A model generated the notes under the pieces. That model did not search any database, was not told the DNA's origin, and saw only the letters and a program-made list of their open reading frames with translations. DNA of 63,000 nucleotides, counting the filler, from Gonapodya sp. JEL0774 (Eukaryota): NCBI GenBank assembly GCA_027604505.1. It is 11 parts of 11 records of this genome, joined end to end, with 100 filler letters (N's around TTAATTAATTAA, not from the genome) between each part and the next. Parts side by side here need not be neighbours in the genome. Positions count along the whole stretch, not along the records: positions 1 to 5,675 come from JADIIX010000683.1; positions 5,776 to 11,433 come from JADIIX010000684.1; 9 more parts are not named here. The stretch is one strand, 5' to 3'. The translations under genes and the position numbers were made by a program. Position 1 is the stretch's first letter. Each line of letters opens with the position of its first letter. Below, one piece after another: positions 1 through 11,533 of this stretch.

Positions 1-147
1 CACGTGTAGAATATTTCACATAACATGCAGTTTGCACATCACATCAATAACATGCGTATTTGTATTTAACTTTTCCTTTTTCGTGTGTGGATGTCCGGCG
101 GTAGTGCGGAAATGAGGTGAGACACACAACGTTTGCGGAGGCTTTGA

Positions 148-932
148 TTACATGTCGAGCAGGTTCCCAGTGGCGACAGAAGCGTTGGCAATGTCCAGGT
201 CTACGGCGAGCATCCCTGTTTGGTGTGGTGGAGGGTGCGGGAGGCGAAGGTGCGTGGGAGTTGAGGAGAAACAGGCACAGGCGTTTCCCCAATGAATAAA
301 TTCGAAACACAAAGCTGCAGCACACCTTCAAAGTGCGGAACGATGTGGTTATCCCGCACTGCGACATCTGTTATTGAACAAGGCAATTTGGTGGAGCGGC
401 ATGTCTCGATGGTGACATGAATGAAGCGAGGACTCACGCTCTGGGTGCTTTTGATAGACCTCAAGCGCCTTTGGAAGGAAGGCGACGGAACGAGAACATT
501 TAAAGTGTTGTGAAGGAGCGCAAGAATGCGCTGCGCGATGACTCACTGCTCGATCCGTGAGCTCCACCACTAACACTATAGTCATCAGAACGGTCCGAGT
601 CAGATTCTTCCCAACCAGAGCGACTTGCCAACTCGGCTCTTCCAAATTCATTCGCTGTTGATCCTGACCGAGGACACTCCAAACTCACAATGAGTGAATC
701 CTTGTGCCCTCTCGGTGGTGAACGTCTCTCCTGCGGACGCCTTTGTCACGCCAGGAACAAGGCCGTTGAGTGCCGAGACCCCCTTGACGAATCCTTGTAC
801 TGCTGCCGCGGTTGCAGTCGGCTTCATCTTGAGGAGAACTGGATTCGCGTACAATCAGGTATGTCAAGATTTTGAAGTTGAGCTCAAGTTTGACTTTCGA
901 CTCAGACGCGTACCGATATGGGTGACAGTCAT
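148..932 (-). CDS. Dabb / stress-responsive A/B barrel domain protein, 6 exons
   Basis: Manual splicing at GT-AG sites (exons 932-914, 838-689, 575-547, 468-438, then two more down to TAA at 148) gives MTVTHIVLLKMKP...AGETFTTERAQGFTHLLVVELTDRAALEVYQKHPEHVAVRDNHIVPHFEGMLAVD, which matches the Dabb pattern (HIVLxK, GFTH, YxxHPxH). Confidence 0.8.
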
Positions 933-1360
933 GGTTCCGTGTTCAAAATGATCTGCGATGTGTTCGACAATCCGTGCAGTAGTGAGGAATCATGACCACA
1001 GCGGTTGTGTGATGCAAACTGTCTTGACTTTCCTCGGTCGTTAGAGGCTCGCGGACTTTGATAGAACTGAAAGGAATTCTCATAGATATTCCTTCAGAGC
1101 TGAGCCTTCGTTCTGAATCTGGTGTTATGGATATGAAATTCGAGCTGGAATGCGGGCGACATGCAGGAACTGGTCAATAAGCAACGACAATGGAAAAAAT
1201 TATGTCTATTAGGATAGTACGGGGAAGAATATACGAAAACAATGACGGGTGACAGGGGTTCCAACCCAGATGAAAACCAGGTACACTATAAGACGGAGCA
1301 CTTTGTCCATATCCGGAACAAGAAACCCCGTCCAAAACGAGAAAGCTGTTCATTCCGCGC

Positions 1361-1889
1361 CTATCCCACCATGCTGTTGCACATCTCCACCAACTTCGCA
1401 GCATCTGGCACCGGAACTCTGACGACCACGTGTCCCGCAGCATTTACGAGGAACTCCTCCGCCCAAAACTCAAACTCAATGTACTTGGGATCTTTTGGAG
1501 AAACCCTGACTGTAAGCTTCGATTGCTTTGGTGAATGATGCGGGACCTCGATGTTGAAGTTGCCCAGGAGCATCAGGAGGATCCGACCACGTGTGATGGC
1601 AAGCGCCGATTTGCATATGACACGACTGTTGAATTTGGCTGACGGTTGGCGGGACTTCCGACCTTGGCGACGTGCCAGTCCATTCTGTCCATATTCGCCT
1701 CGACATCCTCAGTCACAAAGAGGATTGTCTCCGCCTCGAGCACAGTGCGAGTCGCAGGACGAACTTTACAGCTACGATGTTCCGAATGGGAGAAAAGGAG
1801 TTTTCAGGTGCTGATGTCAGATCAAAGTCTCGACTGTGTCGGGCGATCAAACCAAGAAGAACGAAACCGCACCTCATAGCAGCACCCAT
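1361..1889 (-). CDS. Hypothetical spliced protein with possible N-myristoylation start (MGAAMSC); 3' end uncertain
   Basis: ATG at 1889, short first exon then a GT-AG intron, reading MGAAMSCKVRPATRTVLEAETILF; the downstream ORF 1361-1573 looks globular. I could not resolve how the two frames join. Confidence 0.35.
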
Positions 1890-4800
1890 CGTGATGGAAG
1901 TCCAAGTGAGAATGACTCTCGAGATAGCTTTGAAGAAATTCTGCGAGTTTTTCGGGGCAGCTGACGGGATTTTACATTTGCGATCACGGTTTTGCGCTCC
2001 AATATATCGGAAGTAAAACGTGTTCTAGGTTATCCCGAGAGTGGCTGGCACTCCCCATGCCACACTCGCCGCTTCGTATAGCGCGCAGAAAACGCCCGCT
2101 GTATGTTGCACTAAGCCACATTAATCTCCATCGGAAAATATGACATGTGTTCCACAAGGATACGTCTTCTCGAAGTGCTGTTAATGTTGAGCCCAATGAA
2201 TCATGCTGTCATCCCACAGTGGCAGAACAATCGATTTGAGTAATGAGAGCCTCCAACAACTCAATCACAGAGAGACAAAAGATGGATGAGATAGCGTCGC
2301 AGGTGTGCCGTCGAGTGTACGAACAACAATTGATAAACCAAAACTCGTATCTTGAAAGATCAATAAGTGATCCAGCACCGAGTAGAGCGCAGGAATTGTC
2401 TCCTTAAACCGTTCATGATGCTGAATGAGAGTTTAGTGCTCGTACACTATGACAAGCGGATCAAGTAGCTGTACACATTTTTGTGGTAGGCATTCGAAGA
2501 AGTCCCTTCATCGCCGAGAATTGTCTTACATGCAGTGACCAAGAATTGGAGCACTGTAACGTGATTGGCGTTGCCGCACTCCAAACTGCCAAAACAAGGA
2601 ACAAAGATGTATTTGGAGTAAGGTGCGTCTACGATGTCTCTGACCCACTGCTCAGGACGCTGCATCGAGTGGTTGGGGTTGAGTTTGCTGCGGTAACGAA
2701 CAAGACTGATACATATATGTGCCAAAGATTGCTGATGACACCCTCTGTATTCGCGAGACAGAAATCATTGCATGGTCAAATGCAGGGTTGTATGTACTGT
2801 ACAAAAACAATGATTGCGATGACTCAAGCGAACGAAATAGTCGAGAAATGGTGCAGAGCGCCTCCTCGGGTTATCGGGTATGCGCTGCATCAAATCATGT
2901 TAGCTTGCAACTTCGGTACTCCAGATAGATGATACTCGCTGTACATTAGACAAAAACCAGCCCAATGTCGCGTGTGTTGGGGAGAGGAGGAGGGTTGGAC
3001 TGGTGCTGCTCAGAGAAAACATTTGGACACCCTCAAATGCAATTCAAAGCTATGGTATGAACACGTATCACCAAAAATGGCAGCGACGTGAAATTTCCGC
3101 CAAAAAATCCTATAAATTATTGTGTGAGCGAGCTGCCTCTCGTTCCTCCGCGTTCAACGAGTCAGTTGGTTCGAGGATCTTGGGCTTCCACCAATGAACG
3201 ATCAAGTTCCGAACGTCGTTGTAACAATCAAGGTTCCGTAAAATTGATGCAGAGCGTCATGAAAGGTCATTCAGGTAGATCGAAATAGTGAGCGGCTTTC
3301 AGAGCCCCACATGGTTTATCAATATCAAAATTTGCGACACAGCATTGTCACAGCTCAACAGTCCATGTTAGTGAGGCGCAATCAGGAAATGAAACATATT
3401 GCAAAACATTGGCTGCACCAAAAGTACGTAGGCATGATCATGGATCTTATGGAAAGGTGACGTCAGAAACGTGCGGTTGTCCCAGACACGATATCCTTCG
3501 TCCAAACACGTTTGCACAACATCACATCTACTTTCAAATCCATCAGGTGTGAGCATAAACTGGTTCTTGCGATGGTTTCTGCACAATGTACTTGTACGCT
3601 TCAAAAAAGTAATCAAGGCATAAGACTGTGGTGATCCGGTAACATCACAACGGGATTATCCCCAGAGTGACGGGAAAAACTAAAAATCTTTGTACTTAAA
3701 TTTCCTTGCAACGAATTCACTTGATAAGATCGTTGGGCGGAGTCGTATCAATGGCCATTTCTGGAAGATGATGTCAGACTTCACGTCCTTAACTCAGACG
3801 TGTATCCTCCGTCCAAAATACATCTGCGCAGCCCCACTTCAGCCTTTGAAGCGTGGCTAGCATTCTGTGGTGGTTGCCCCACCATTCAGTTGTACGCTTT
3901 CAGAACCAATGACGTGTGCTTCTAGTAACAGAAACGTACTGGGCGGTCTCACAATGATCCAACCACAGCGAAACGATCAGCAAATATCACATGATGTGGA
4001 ATTTCGGGGGGGGGGGAGTATGAATGACATAGAGTGAACGACATGAGGAAGATGTGAGACTTCACCCCATCTCTGTATATGATCGAGCACACTATGTCTC
4101 TCCGAAATCATGTAATAATTCCCCCCACCAAAAACTATGCTTTGTGTGCACTGCCAAGAGTTCATTGGTAAAACACAGGACGATTGGGATTTTAGAGTCA
4201 GCTTGTCCATCCGTTTGAAGCTGGCGCCGCCGGGCTGGCATGCCTCGTTTCGCATTTTATTATGATGCTTGCATTCGTCACTACCAGGCAAAAGATAACA
4301 GAATATCCATTTGGATTTTGCACGTAAGCACTGTTTTATTCATAATGCCCGTGATAGATGGGTTGGCCGACTAGGTGCCTGGGTGCGGCCGCAAGTCCAT
4401 CAGTTATACGTCAAGCCAGTGCGTTTGCGAGCATTTATCTGGCAGATCAGTTCAGGAAGGTAACAACAAGGTTTGATTATGATTGACCGTTTTCATGATC
4501 GATGGTCAGTTTTTAGATTGGAGTAGCGCTGCAGCACTTTGTCCTTGTTCAGAAGTCCAAAAAGCCCGAAACAGAGCGTACATGGTTTCTACTCTAATGA
4601 TTTTCCTGGCAGGTCATCTTTCCCAGCGTGCAATTGTGAAAATCCTTCTATGCAGAGGAAGTCGATCGGGGGTTGATTTTGCAATATCCGGATGTGTCGT
4701 CTATATTAATATGCAGCCAGCGTATATTGAGACCAGACCGCAAACCGCAAGGAAGCTCTCTCATCTTAGAGATTCACTGTGAATTATAATAAGTCTCAGC

Positions 4801-5034
4801 AGAGTAGGTCGCTTTTTTTGACGTGTTTGGAAAAACGTGGCTGCGGACGAGAAGCCGCAGCCTGTGAACTTGCAGGCCGAGAGAGGGAAACGCCTCTTCA
4901 GATTGGACTCGATTATACTGCATTGTCTGGATCGAAAATGTCCAGCCATCGGGTGAGTTTGCAATGGCTTTAAGCGACGCTGTGGATGGCTCACGAATTC
5001 TTGTTCTTCTTTTTCCGTGCATTCTCTGGGTTGA

Positions 5035-5629
5035 ATGGCGGCTGCTACCTTGCCTGTTTCAAATCCACCAAAGGGGAAGGAACTGCCACCGGTACCACCA
5101 TCCGGATCCCGGCACGACAATGACTCAAAGGAGGTTGAAGCGCCTGCTTATCTGGATTATCCTTTGCCGATGTCGGTGTATCAGGAAGGGTCGCACTCAG
5201 AGTTGCTGGTGCCCCCTCGAAGACAACCTCCACGATCGCAAACAGAGTCTTCTCTATCTGCTGGGTCGGACGATGACAGTGATCATGGGAGTTATTTGAC
5301 CGAGAATTCGCAGACCCCGATTATGGGGAGCCCTTCCCGTGAAACACCAGCGCGATTCCAAAACATTTCATCATATGATACGGAAGACGTCGACCCTCGG
5401 TATCGACGAGAGCGGGGCGGTGAAACTGCTGTCTTCCTGCCACCGAATGAGGACGGGTATGACGACGTAAAGGACTTTCCCAGGGCTGTCGCTGCCGGTC
5501 GGTCGGCTCGCTTCACAAGACGGACAATGATTATTGCGGGTCTGGCGCTCATAGCAGTCATTGGAGTATCCGTTGGTGTTGCTCTGGGGGTGATGTCCAG
5601 TAAAAAGTCCACAACTGCCCAATCATCGG
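5035..5629 (+). CDS. First exon of a single-pass (type II) membrane protein; rest lost at contig end
   Basis: Disordered acidic/Pro N-terminus, then RRTMIIAGLALIAVIGVSVGVALGVM transmembrane segment, then a GTGAGC donor near 5629. Confidence 0.6.
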
Positions 5630-5675
5630 TGAGCCCACATTTGTGTCAAACGTGAGCCGATTCGATTCGATGCAG

Positions 5676-5775
5676 NNNNNNNNNNNNNNNNNNNNNNNNN
5701 NNNNNNNNNNNNNNNNNNNTTAATTAATTAANNNNNNNNNNNNNNNNNNNNNNNNNNNNNNNNNNNNNNNNNNNN
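5676..5775. other. Artificial contig linker N44-TTAATTAATTAA-N44; identical copies at 11434-11533, 17191-17290, 22941-23040, 28682-28781, 34419-34518, 40139-40238, 45858-45957, 51574-51673, 57289-57388
   Basis: Identical 100-bp spacer with stops in all six frames; intervening contigs fall steadily in length (5658, 5657, 5650, 5641, 5637, 5620, 5619, 5616, 5615 bp). Confidence 0.99.
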
Positions 5776-6040
5776 TACCGAGTTGGCACGGCAGAGTCGG
5801 TCTCCCGTTAGGCTCCTGGCAGCATCTTCCGCTGTGCTCAGCTACCGACAGGATACGTCCGCCCAACATCAAAAAAAAGTATCCCAGTTGCAGTCGTCAC
5901 AGCACTGCCGAACCAACCTAGGACCCTTCCTCGGTTCCCCGGTTTCGGTGTGCACGGTCCGGAGGGAGAACACGAACAGCGTGCTTCGCAGAAAGCCTCT
6001 TGACTAATTCACCAAACCCGATTCCTTTCACAGTCAAATC

Positions 6041-6892
6041 ATGGCGTCACAAAAAGCTGCGAAACGTCTGCTGTTACCTTTGCGCTCCTTCTCCTCTCTT
6101 TGTCCTCTCTCGATCCCATCAAAAGTGACTGGTCGTCGATTCCAGTCCACCGATATTATGGAATCGATCATCAAAGCGCCTCCATGGGAAAGCCCCGATT
6201 GGCAAGACATATCACCGAAAACTCAGGTCTCACTCTTGAGAGCCACATTTTCTGCAGTGATTGAGAGAGTTGCTCAAATGGATGAGAGAGTTGCTCGAAT
6301 GGACGACAGAGTTGCTCGAGTGGAAGCCGAAAAACGTCTAGTGGAGTTGGAACTCCGAGACCAGAGACAACGCAGTGGTTTTTACGAATTTCGAACAGTT
6401 TTTGGTGAGTACTGACGTCAACAAAAGTGATGGTGATGTTTATAACATGACCAGAAACACTCATCCACACCAGAACACGCTCGCAGAAAGTTAATGAAAG
6501 AGTGCGGGCTCAAGTTGGAAGACTTTCAGAATCGTCCCATCGACCTTTGGATTGCCATTGCCACGTCATCGCCATCATTCGCCACACTTCGTATCCAGCT
6601 CCTCATGTCGCACGAACGATGGAAACGTGACCAAGCTGGGAATCGAGCCTTGGCGTATGACATTGTGAACCTCCATAAACGCCTCTCGTCCGCACACCAC
6701 ACCTCAGTTTTCGCCACCGACCGAGCAACACTAATCTTCCCCTCTTCGGTGAGCTCACTACGCGACAGCTTAGACCTGTTACTGACGCTACCCTTTCCTA
6801 CTGCAGTTCCTTCCCACTATGGAAGAGCGCAACCTCGCCACACTCTTCTACAAACTTCGCGATCCAAGGGTGACTGTGGACGTTGGGATTGA
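6041..6892 (+). CDS. Hypothetical coiled-coil protein, possibly mitochondrial, 2 exons
   Basis: Arg/Ser/Leu-rich N-terminus ending RRFQS; heptad repeat ERVAQMD-ERVARMD-DRVARVE; intron ~6405-6473 joins the two ORFs. Confidence 0.5.
6263..6325 (+). repeat. Coding tandem repeat, 3 x 21 bp
   Basis: gagagagttgctcaaatggat / gagagagttgctcgaatggac / gacagagttgctcgagtggaa. Confidence 0.85.
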
Positions 6893-7536
6893 CCTTTGCG
6901 ATGACACTTGAGTGATGTTGGCGATTCTACTTCAGTCTTGTTTTGCCCAGCTAGATATGCACTGCTGCCTCATATACTTGGTTTGACGTTCAAATACACA
7001 TTCTGCATGCTTTATTTTACGTCAAATATTGGAACGACTCCTCCTCTTGTGACTCTCAGACCAAAAGAAGGTACATCTGAAAACCGTTGTACTTTCTGTT
7101 AGTTCCCCACTCCACATAACGGACATGCACCGGCCACCGCGCCCGTTCCCCTCCACCGCTGCCTCACCGCCGTCATTGCCGATTGGTCCGTCGAGGTAAT
7201 ACGTGAGAAAGTGGGAGTGGGAGTGGGGACACAGGACATTTCTGTTCAAGAGTGAATGATCCTTTGGCCTGCCTTCCCAAATCTGTACTCTTTTCCACCT
7301 TAATCCAGGTTCATGCCACCTCCCTCTGCCTGTGATGCTGCATGAACCTATATATGTACAATTTTATTTTTTTGGCTACAGGAAATGCATGGCTATATGG
7401 CGCAGTAAAGTACTGCGGTTGGCCTGATCGGGTATGTCATCATAGCACGTGCAGGTGTGCAGTACTGTGATGTATCCCGATATCATACGCTGATGCAACA
7501 GGTCCGCTTCCATCAAACCCCCCCTCCATCACTCAG

Positions 7537-8514
7537 ATGCTCCTTTCCACCCTTCTCTTTGCCCTCCTCTTTTCCATCCCCACCTACGCCGGCGTCGAAG
7601 ACATCAACCCTGCCAGGTTCAAACTTCTGGCACACAACTCGACTGCAAAGACTTTTCTCTTCCGCGGGAATGTTCCAACAAACGCGAGCATGTCGGCCAG
7701 TCCTGTTTTTCTTTATGACACGCTGAGTAGGTACTTGAACGAGTCGGCAAGCGCGAGCGTGACGGGACTTGTCATTCCCAAGGGGTACGGAATGCGTCTG
7801 ATAAGTCTCATGAACTTCCAAGATGCGAGTGAGGCGAGGAATTTGGATGTAAGCCTTCGATTGTTGATCACCATTCACTGCTCACTTATAGTAGAGGACA
7901 AAAGATAACTAACGCATTTCTATTGCCTTCACACAGACCGAGTATCGTTTCAAAGCCGACAATCCACACCTCTTCATCGATTTTCAAAACTGGCCCATGA
8001 TTGGGACAGACTTGCCCCCTCTCGTTGGCTCCCACACCGAGAGCAACACTTCCAAAGACACCTTTCACCCCATCACTCCGGAACTGGCAATCAGGGCACT
8101 CAACCTGCACTCCTGGGATTTTGACAACCTCAACCACCAGATTGAGCTCCTCCATGCATGGCTTGCAGTTCCCACGCCGGCACCATTCACTGCCACAGTA
8201 ATCTTATTTCACTGCGGGCACGGGCAAGATCGGACTGGCGCAGTAAGTGATAGTTCTGGGCGGGCGCAGGAACATTTGGCTGGTCGTTATTTTTTCTGTA
8301 ACGTTTTTCGCTCTCCTTGTAGGTTGCCGGCGCCTACAATATGCGCTACAACAACCAAACCTTTGACCAGGTCTGGGCTGTCAACAAAGCCATGGGGATG
8401 GACGTGCCTGCAAACGTCAACCAGATGCGGTGGTATTGGATCTGGCTGCAAGCTATCGGCCGTGGCACAGGGTACTGGAAGAACATCTTGGACATCGAGT
8501 TGGCTGCGCCATGA
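7537..8514 (+). CDS. Secreted PTP/dual-specificity-like phosphatase (CX5R), 3 exons
   Basis: Signal-peptide-like MLLSTLLFALLFSIPTYAG; LFRGNVP; P-loop ILFHCGHGQDRTGAVAGAY assembled across introns ~7849-7936 and ~8243-8322. Confidence 0.8.
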
Positions 8515-8691
8515 AGAAGTCGCAGACACCTCATATACCTTCATCCCGAACGAACTACTTCTTATATGATCCCAATCCATATGGACGTGTAGCAGACCAA
8601 TCGCAGCACACCCAACAGATCTACTTTTGCAATCGCGCCCCTCCTGAGTCATTCCCCGTATGGTGTCCTCAAACCTTCCCCGCTTCCCTTC

Positions 8692-8772
8692 TCACTGTGT
8701 GTTCAGAGAGCACTTTGGCGTGGTCGGACTCCCACCCACACAGTACACCACTACAGTGGTCCAAACGGCCTG
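8692..8772 (-). repeat. Duplicate copy of the MFS last exon with intact acceptor
   Basis: ttttccag|GCCGTTTGGACCACTGTAGTGGTGTACTGTGTGGGTGGG versus ctccag|GCCGTCTGGACCACCGTGGTGGTGTACTGTGTTGGTGGG at 9327. Confidence 0.8.
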
Positions 8773-9252
8773 GAAAAGGGCCGGGGGACATGCTGGAATG
8801 ACACGAATGACGTCAACATGCACCAGACAAAAACTCGAACCTACACACAGTGGCCACCTACTCCCCCGCTCTCCCACAACGAACCCCGCAATCTCTTGGC
8901 AAGTGCAGCGGAACTCCACCCATGTCTTGTTGGTTGTGGGCCAACCTACACCAATCGCGACTTGAGTGCCAATTGCCAGCAGACAGAATTTGAGCAGAGT
9001 CGCCACAGAGGTGGTGGTTGCTGCTGTTTGTGACGGGGCTTACGTACCATGAAGGGCCGGCGAACAAATACCTGAAACACAACCAATTTATTTGTGCAAA
9101 ACGACGTGTAAAAAACACGTTGTACTTTCTTCAATGTCCCCTCTACATGTACAGACAGACACGGCACTGGTTCTCCTCCACCCGCCGGCTCACCACACGC
9201 GCACCACCTTCCGCGTCCCTTTCCGCCTCTCCGAAGTGCCATGTTGGTTGTC

Positions 9253-11330
9253 TTACTTCATGTTCGGAATGTACCGTGTGGCAACCATCCCACCAACACA
9301 GTACACCACCACGGTGGTCCAGACGGCCTGGAGGGGGCGGCGGGAGTGAGACAAACGAAGCATGGGAGGTGTATGTGTGGCGGGGCGGGGGATGAAAGGG
9401 GGGGGCCAGGCCGAATGGTGAGAATTTGGTCAGCACGCACCGCACCATATGGATCACACACATTGCGGCAACCCCCCGCGGCCTTACACCCAAACCCACC
9501 TTGTACCCCAAACACTTCACGCCCTCGGCGTCCCCCACGTTCTGGAAGTAATCCCTCAACCCGCCCGCCACGGGCGTGGCGAAGATGGAGGGAAGAACGC
9601 TGGCGGAGTGCCAGAGGGACAGGTCACGGGCGTAGGAGGAAGGGGCGGCCGTCTGAGCGGCGGAGGCGGGACCGGGTGGCTGGCCGGTGCCAGTGGGAGG
9701 ATCCGACTCCGTGGCGTGGGAGGTATCCGTCGTGTCCGGTTTGACCAGCGACACCACTACTTCTTCGTCCACGTCATCCTCGACGTCCTCTCCCCCTAGA
9801 TCACTCCCCGCCCGGGTACGATATTCGCTGTCTGCACCCATCTGAGCGCCGCCCACCTTCACCCCCCGCCCGCCCAGTACATCCAAAACCATCGCAAACT
9901 CCACCGCCACATACATCCCGTACCCCGCTCCGAAAACACTCGCCATCCCCACCGCCCCCGGGTAGGTCTCGACCCACCCCATGGCCCCCGCCACGGCAAC
10001 CAAGATGGCACCGGAGACGTACACGACTTTCTTTCGCTCGTGGCGCAGGTGGGGGAGTGAGAGGAGGGACGAGGTGAGTGGGGAGATGAGGAGGAGGGGG
10101 AGCAGGGCGAGGGAGACGGCTGACGTGGGTGAGAGGTGGGCGGGGAGTAAGATGCAATCAAGAAGGGCGTACTGGAAGAACTGGGTGACTGGGAAAGAGG
10201 CATGGGATGTGAGGTGTTGGGTCAGTGAGGTGCGGTACTGGGCGAGACGAGATACGACCGATGTCATGCCGTTTCGCGACATTGCTCGGTTTCAGTTTTG
10301 TTTCTTGACGTGACGCACCCCCGATCCGATCCAAACTCACCGGTATTCACCCCCATCTGGAACAAAAACCTCGCCAAAAACACCATTCTGAACCCCACGT
10401 TGGATCTGAACGGTTCCATGGCGTCCACCACCACGATCCGCCAGAGAACTCGCGGGTCGATGCAGTCGAGGACGTGCAAGCCCGGTGCGGACCGTGGCGG
10501 GGCGGGCTCGGCCACGAACGCGAGCGTGGTGGCGGCGCTGAAGGCCAGGAGCACGATGACGGCGGTTTTGACGACGTGGTCGCTGTCACCCGCGACGCTC
10601 CCCACGAGTGCGCCGGCGAGGTTGCCGAGCAAGCCCGAGGCGGACGTAGCGGACGAGACGCGCATCTTGTGTTGCGTGGGTGTCACGTCGGCGACGAGGC
10701 CGTACCAGGCGACCGAGGGGAGGATGTTGGAGAGGGTGAGGAGGACGTACCCTGCAAATACGGGCCGAAAGGCCGAAAGTGTGTTGGATCATGCAGGATG
10801 TAAAAATTGTGGGTGAAACTCCTAGCATGCCGTTTCGAGATGGCGCAGAGTAGAAACGTATCACCGAACCATCAAGGAATATGATCCATCCTGCGCGCAT
10901 CGTATCCGTCTGAGTCAATCTGCACACTCATCCCTCCAAATCCGAGTTCTTTCACCAACTCACCACGACTCACCGGCCGGGCACTCTGGACCCAGCGGCC
11001 AGATTGACGCCTCGTGTAATTAAAAGGCCCTCCTGTCTGGTCGCAAGATGCACTAGTCACACCACCAACTCACCAGTCGCATACTCTTCGAGCGATCTAT
11101 CCCCGTTCAGCCACCATAAGGTCGCCGCCAGGACCACTGAGCCACCGGCGATCCAGGGTTTTCGCCGTCCTATCCCCATGCTGGGCCAGCCGACCATGCG
11201 ATCGTTGAGGGCGCCGAAATAGACCGCGGAAAAGAGGTTGACGAGACCTGATATGCCAGCAACTTGGGCAAGAGCGGTACCCTTGCGGGCGTCGCCTACG
11301 ATGTGGCGGATGTGGTCGGGACTCAAAGCG
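9253..11330 (-). CDS. MFS transporter (GPH/sugar-transporter-like), multi-exon, 5' truncated by contig end
   Basis: GALNDR...GRRKPWI loop motif, many hydrophobic helices, FRMVFLARFLFQMG and ARDLSLWHSASVLP segments; last exon 9327-9253 reads AVWTTVVVYCVGGMVATRYIPNMK*. Confidence 0.8.
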
Positions 11331-11533
11331 CAGGATGTGTGGGTAGGGGAGTGAATGGGGAGAGGCGCGGAAGGTGGAGTGGGGCGCGGCGAAGAGCGAT
11401 CTGAGCTATTCAGCGCAGCACTTAGCCAGCCTCNNNNNNNNNNNNNNNNNNNNNNNNNNNNNNNNNNNNNNNNNNNNTTAATTAATTAANNNNNNNNNNN
11501 NNNNNNNNNNNNNNNNNNNNNNNNNNNNNNNNN

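Noticed and set aside
5676..5775. Regularly spaced TTAATTAATTAA palindromes (10 copies, ~5.7 kb period) as a biological repeat system
   Set aside because: Each is embedded in exactly 44+44 Ns and separates length-sorted contigs: an assembly concatenation linker.
9143..10816. Long overlapping plus-strand ORFs opposite the MFS gene
   Set aside because: Antisense shadows in GC-rich coding DNA with no motifs of their own.
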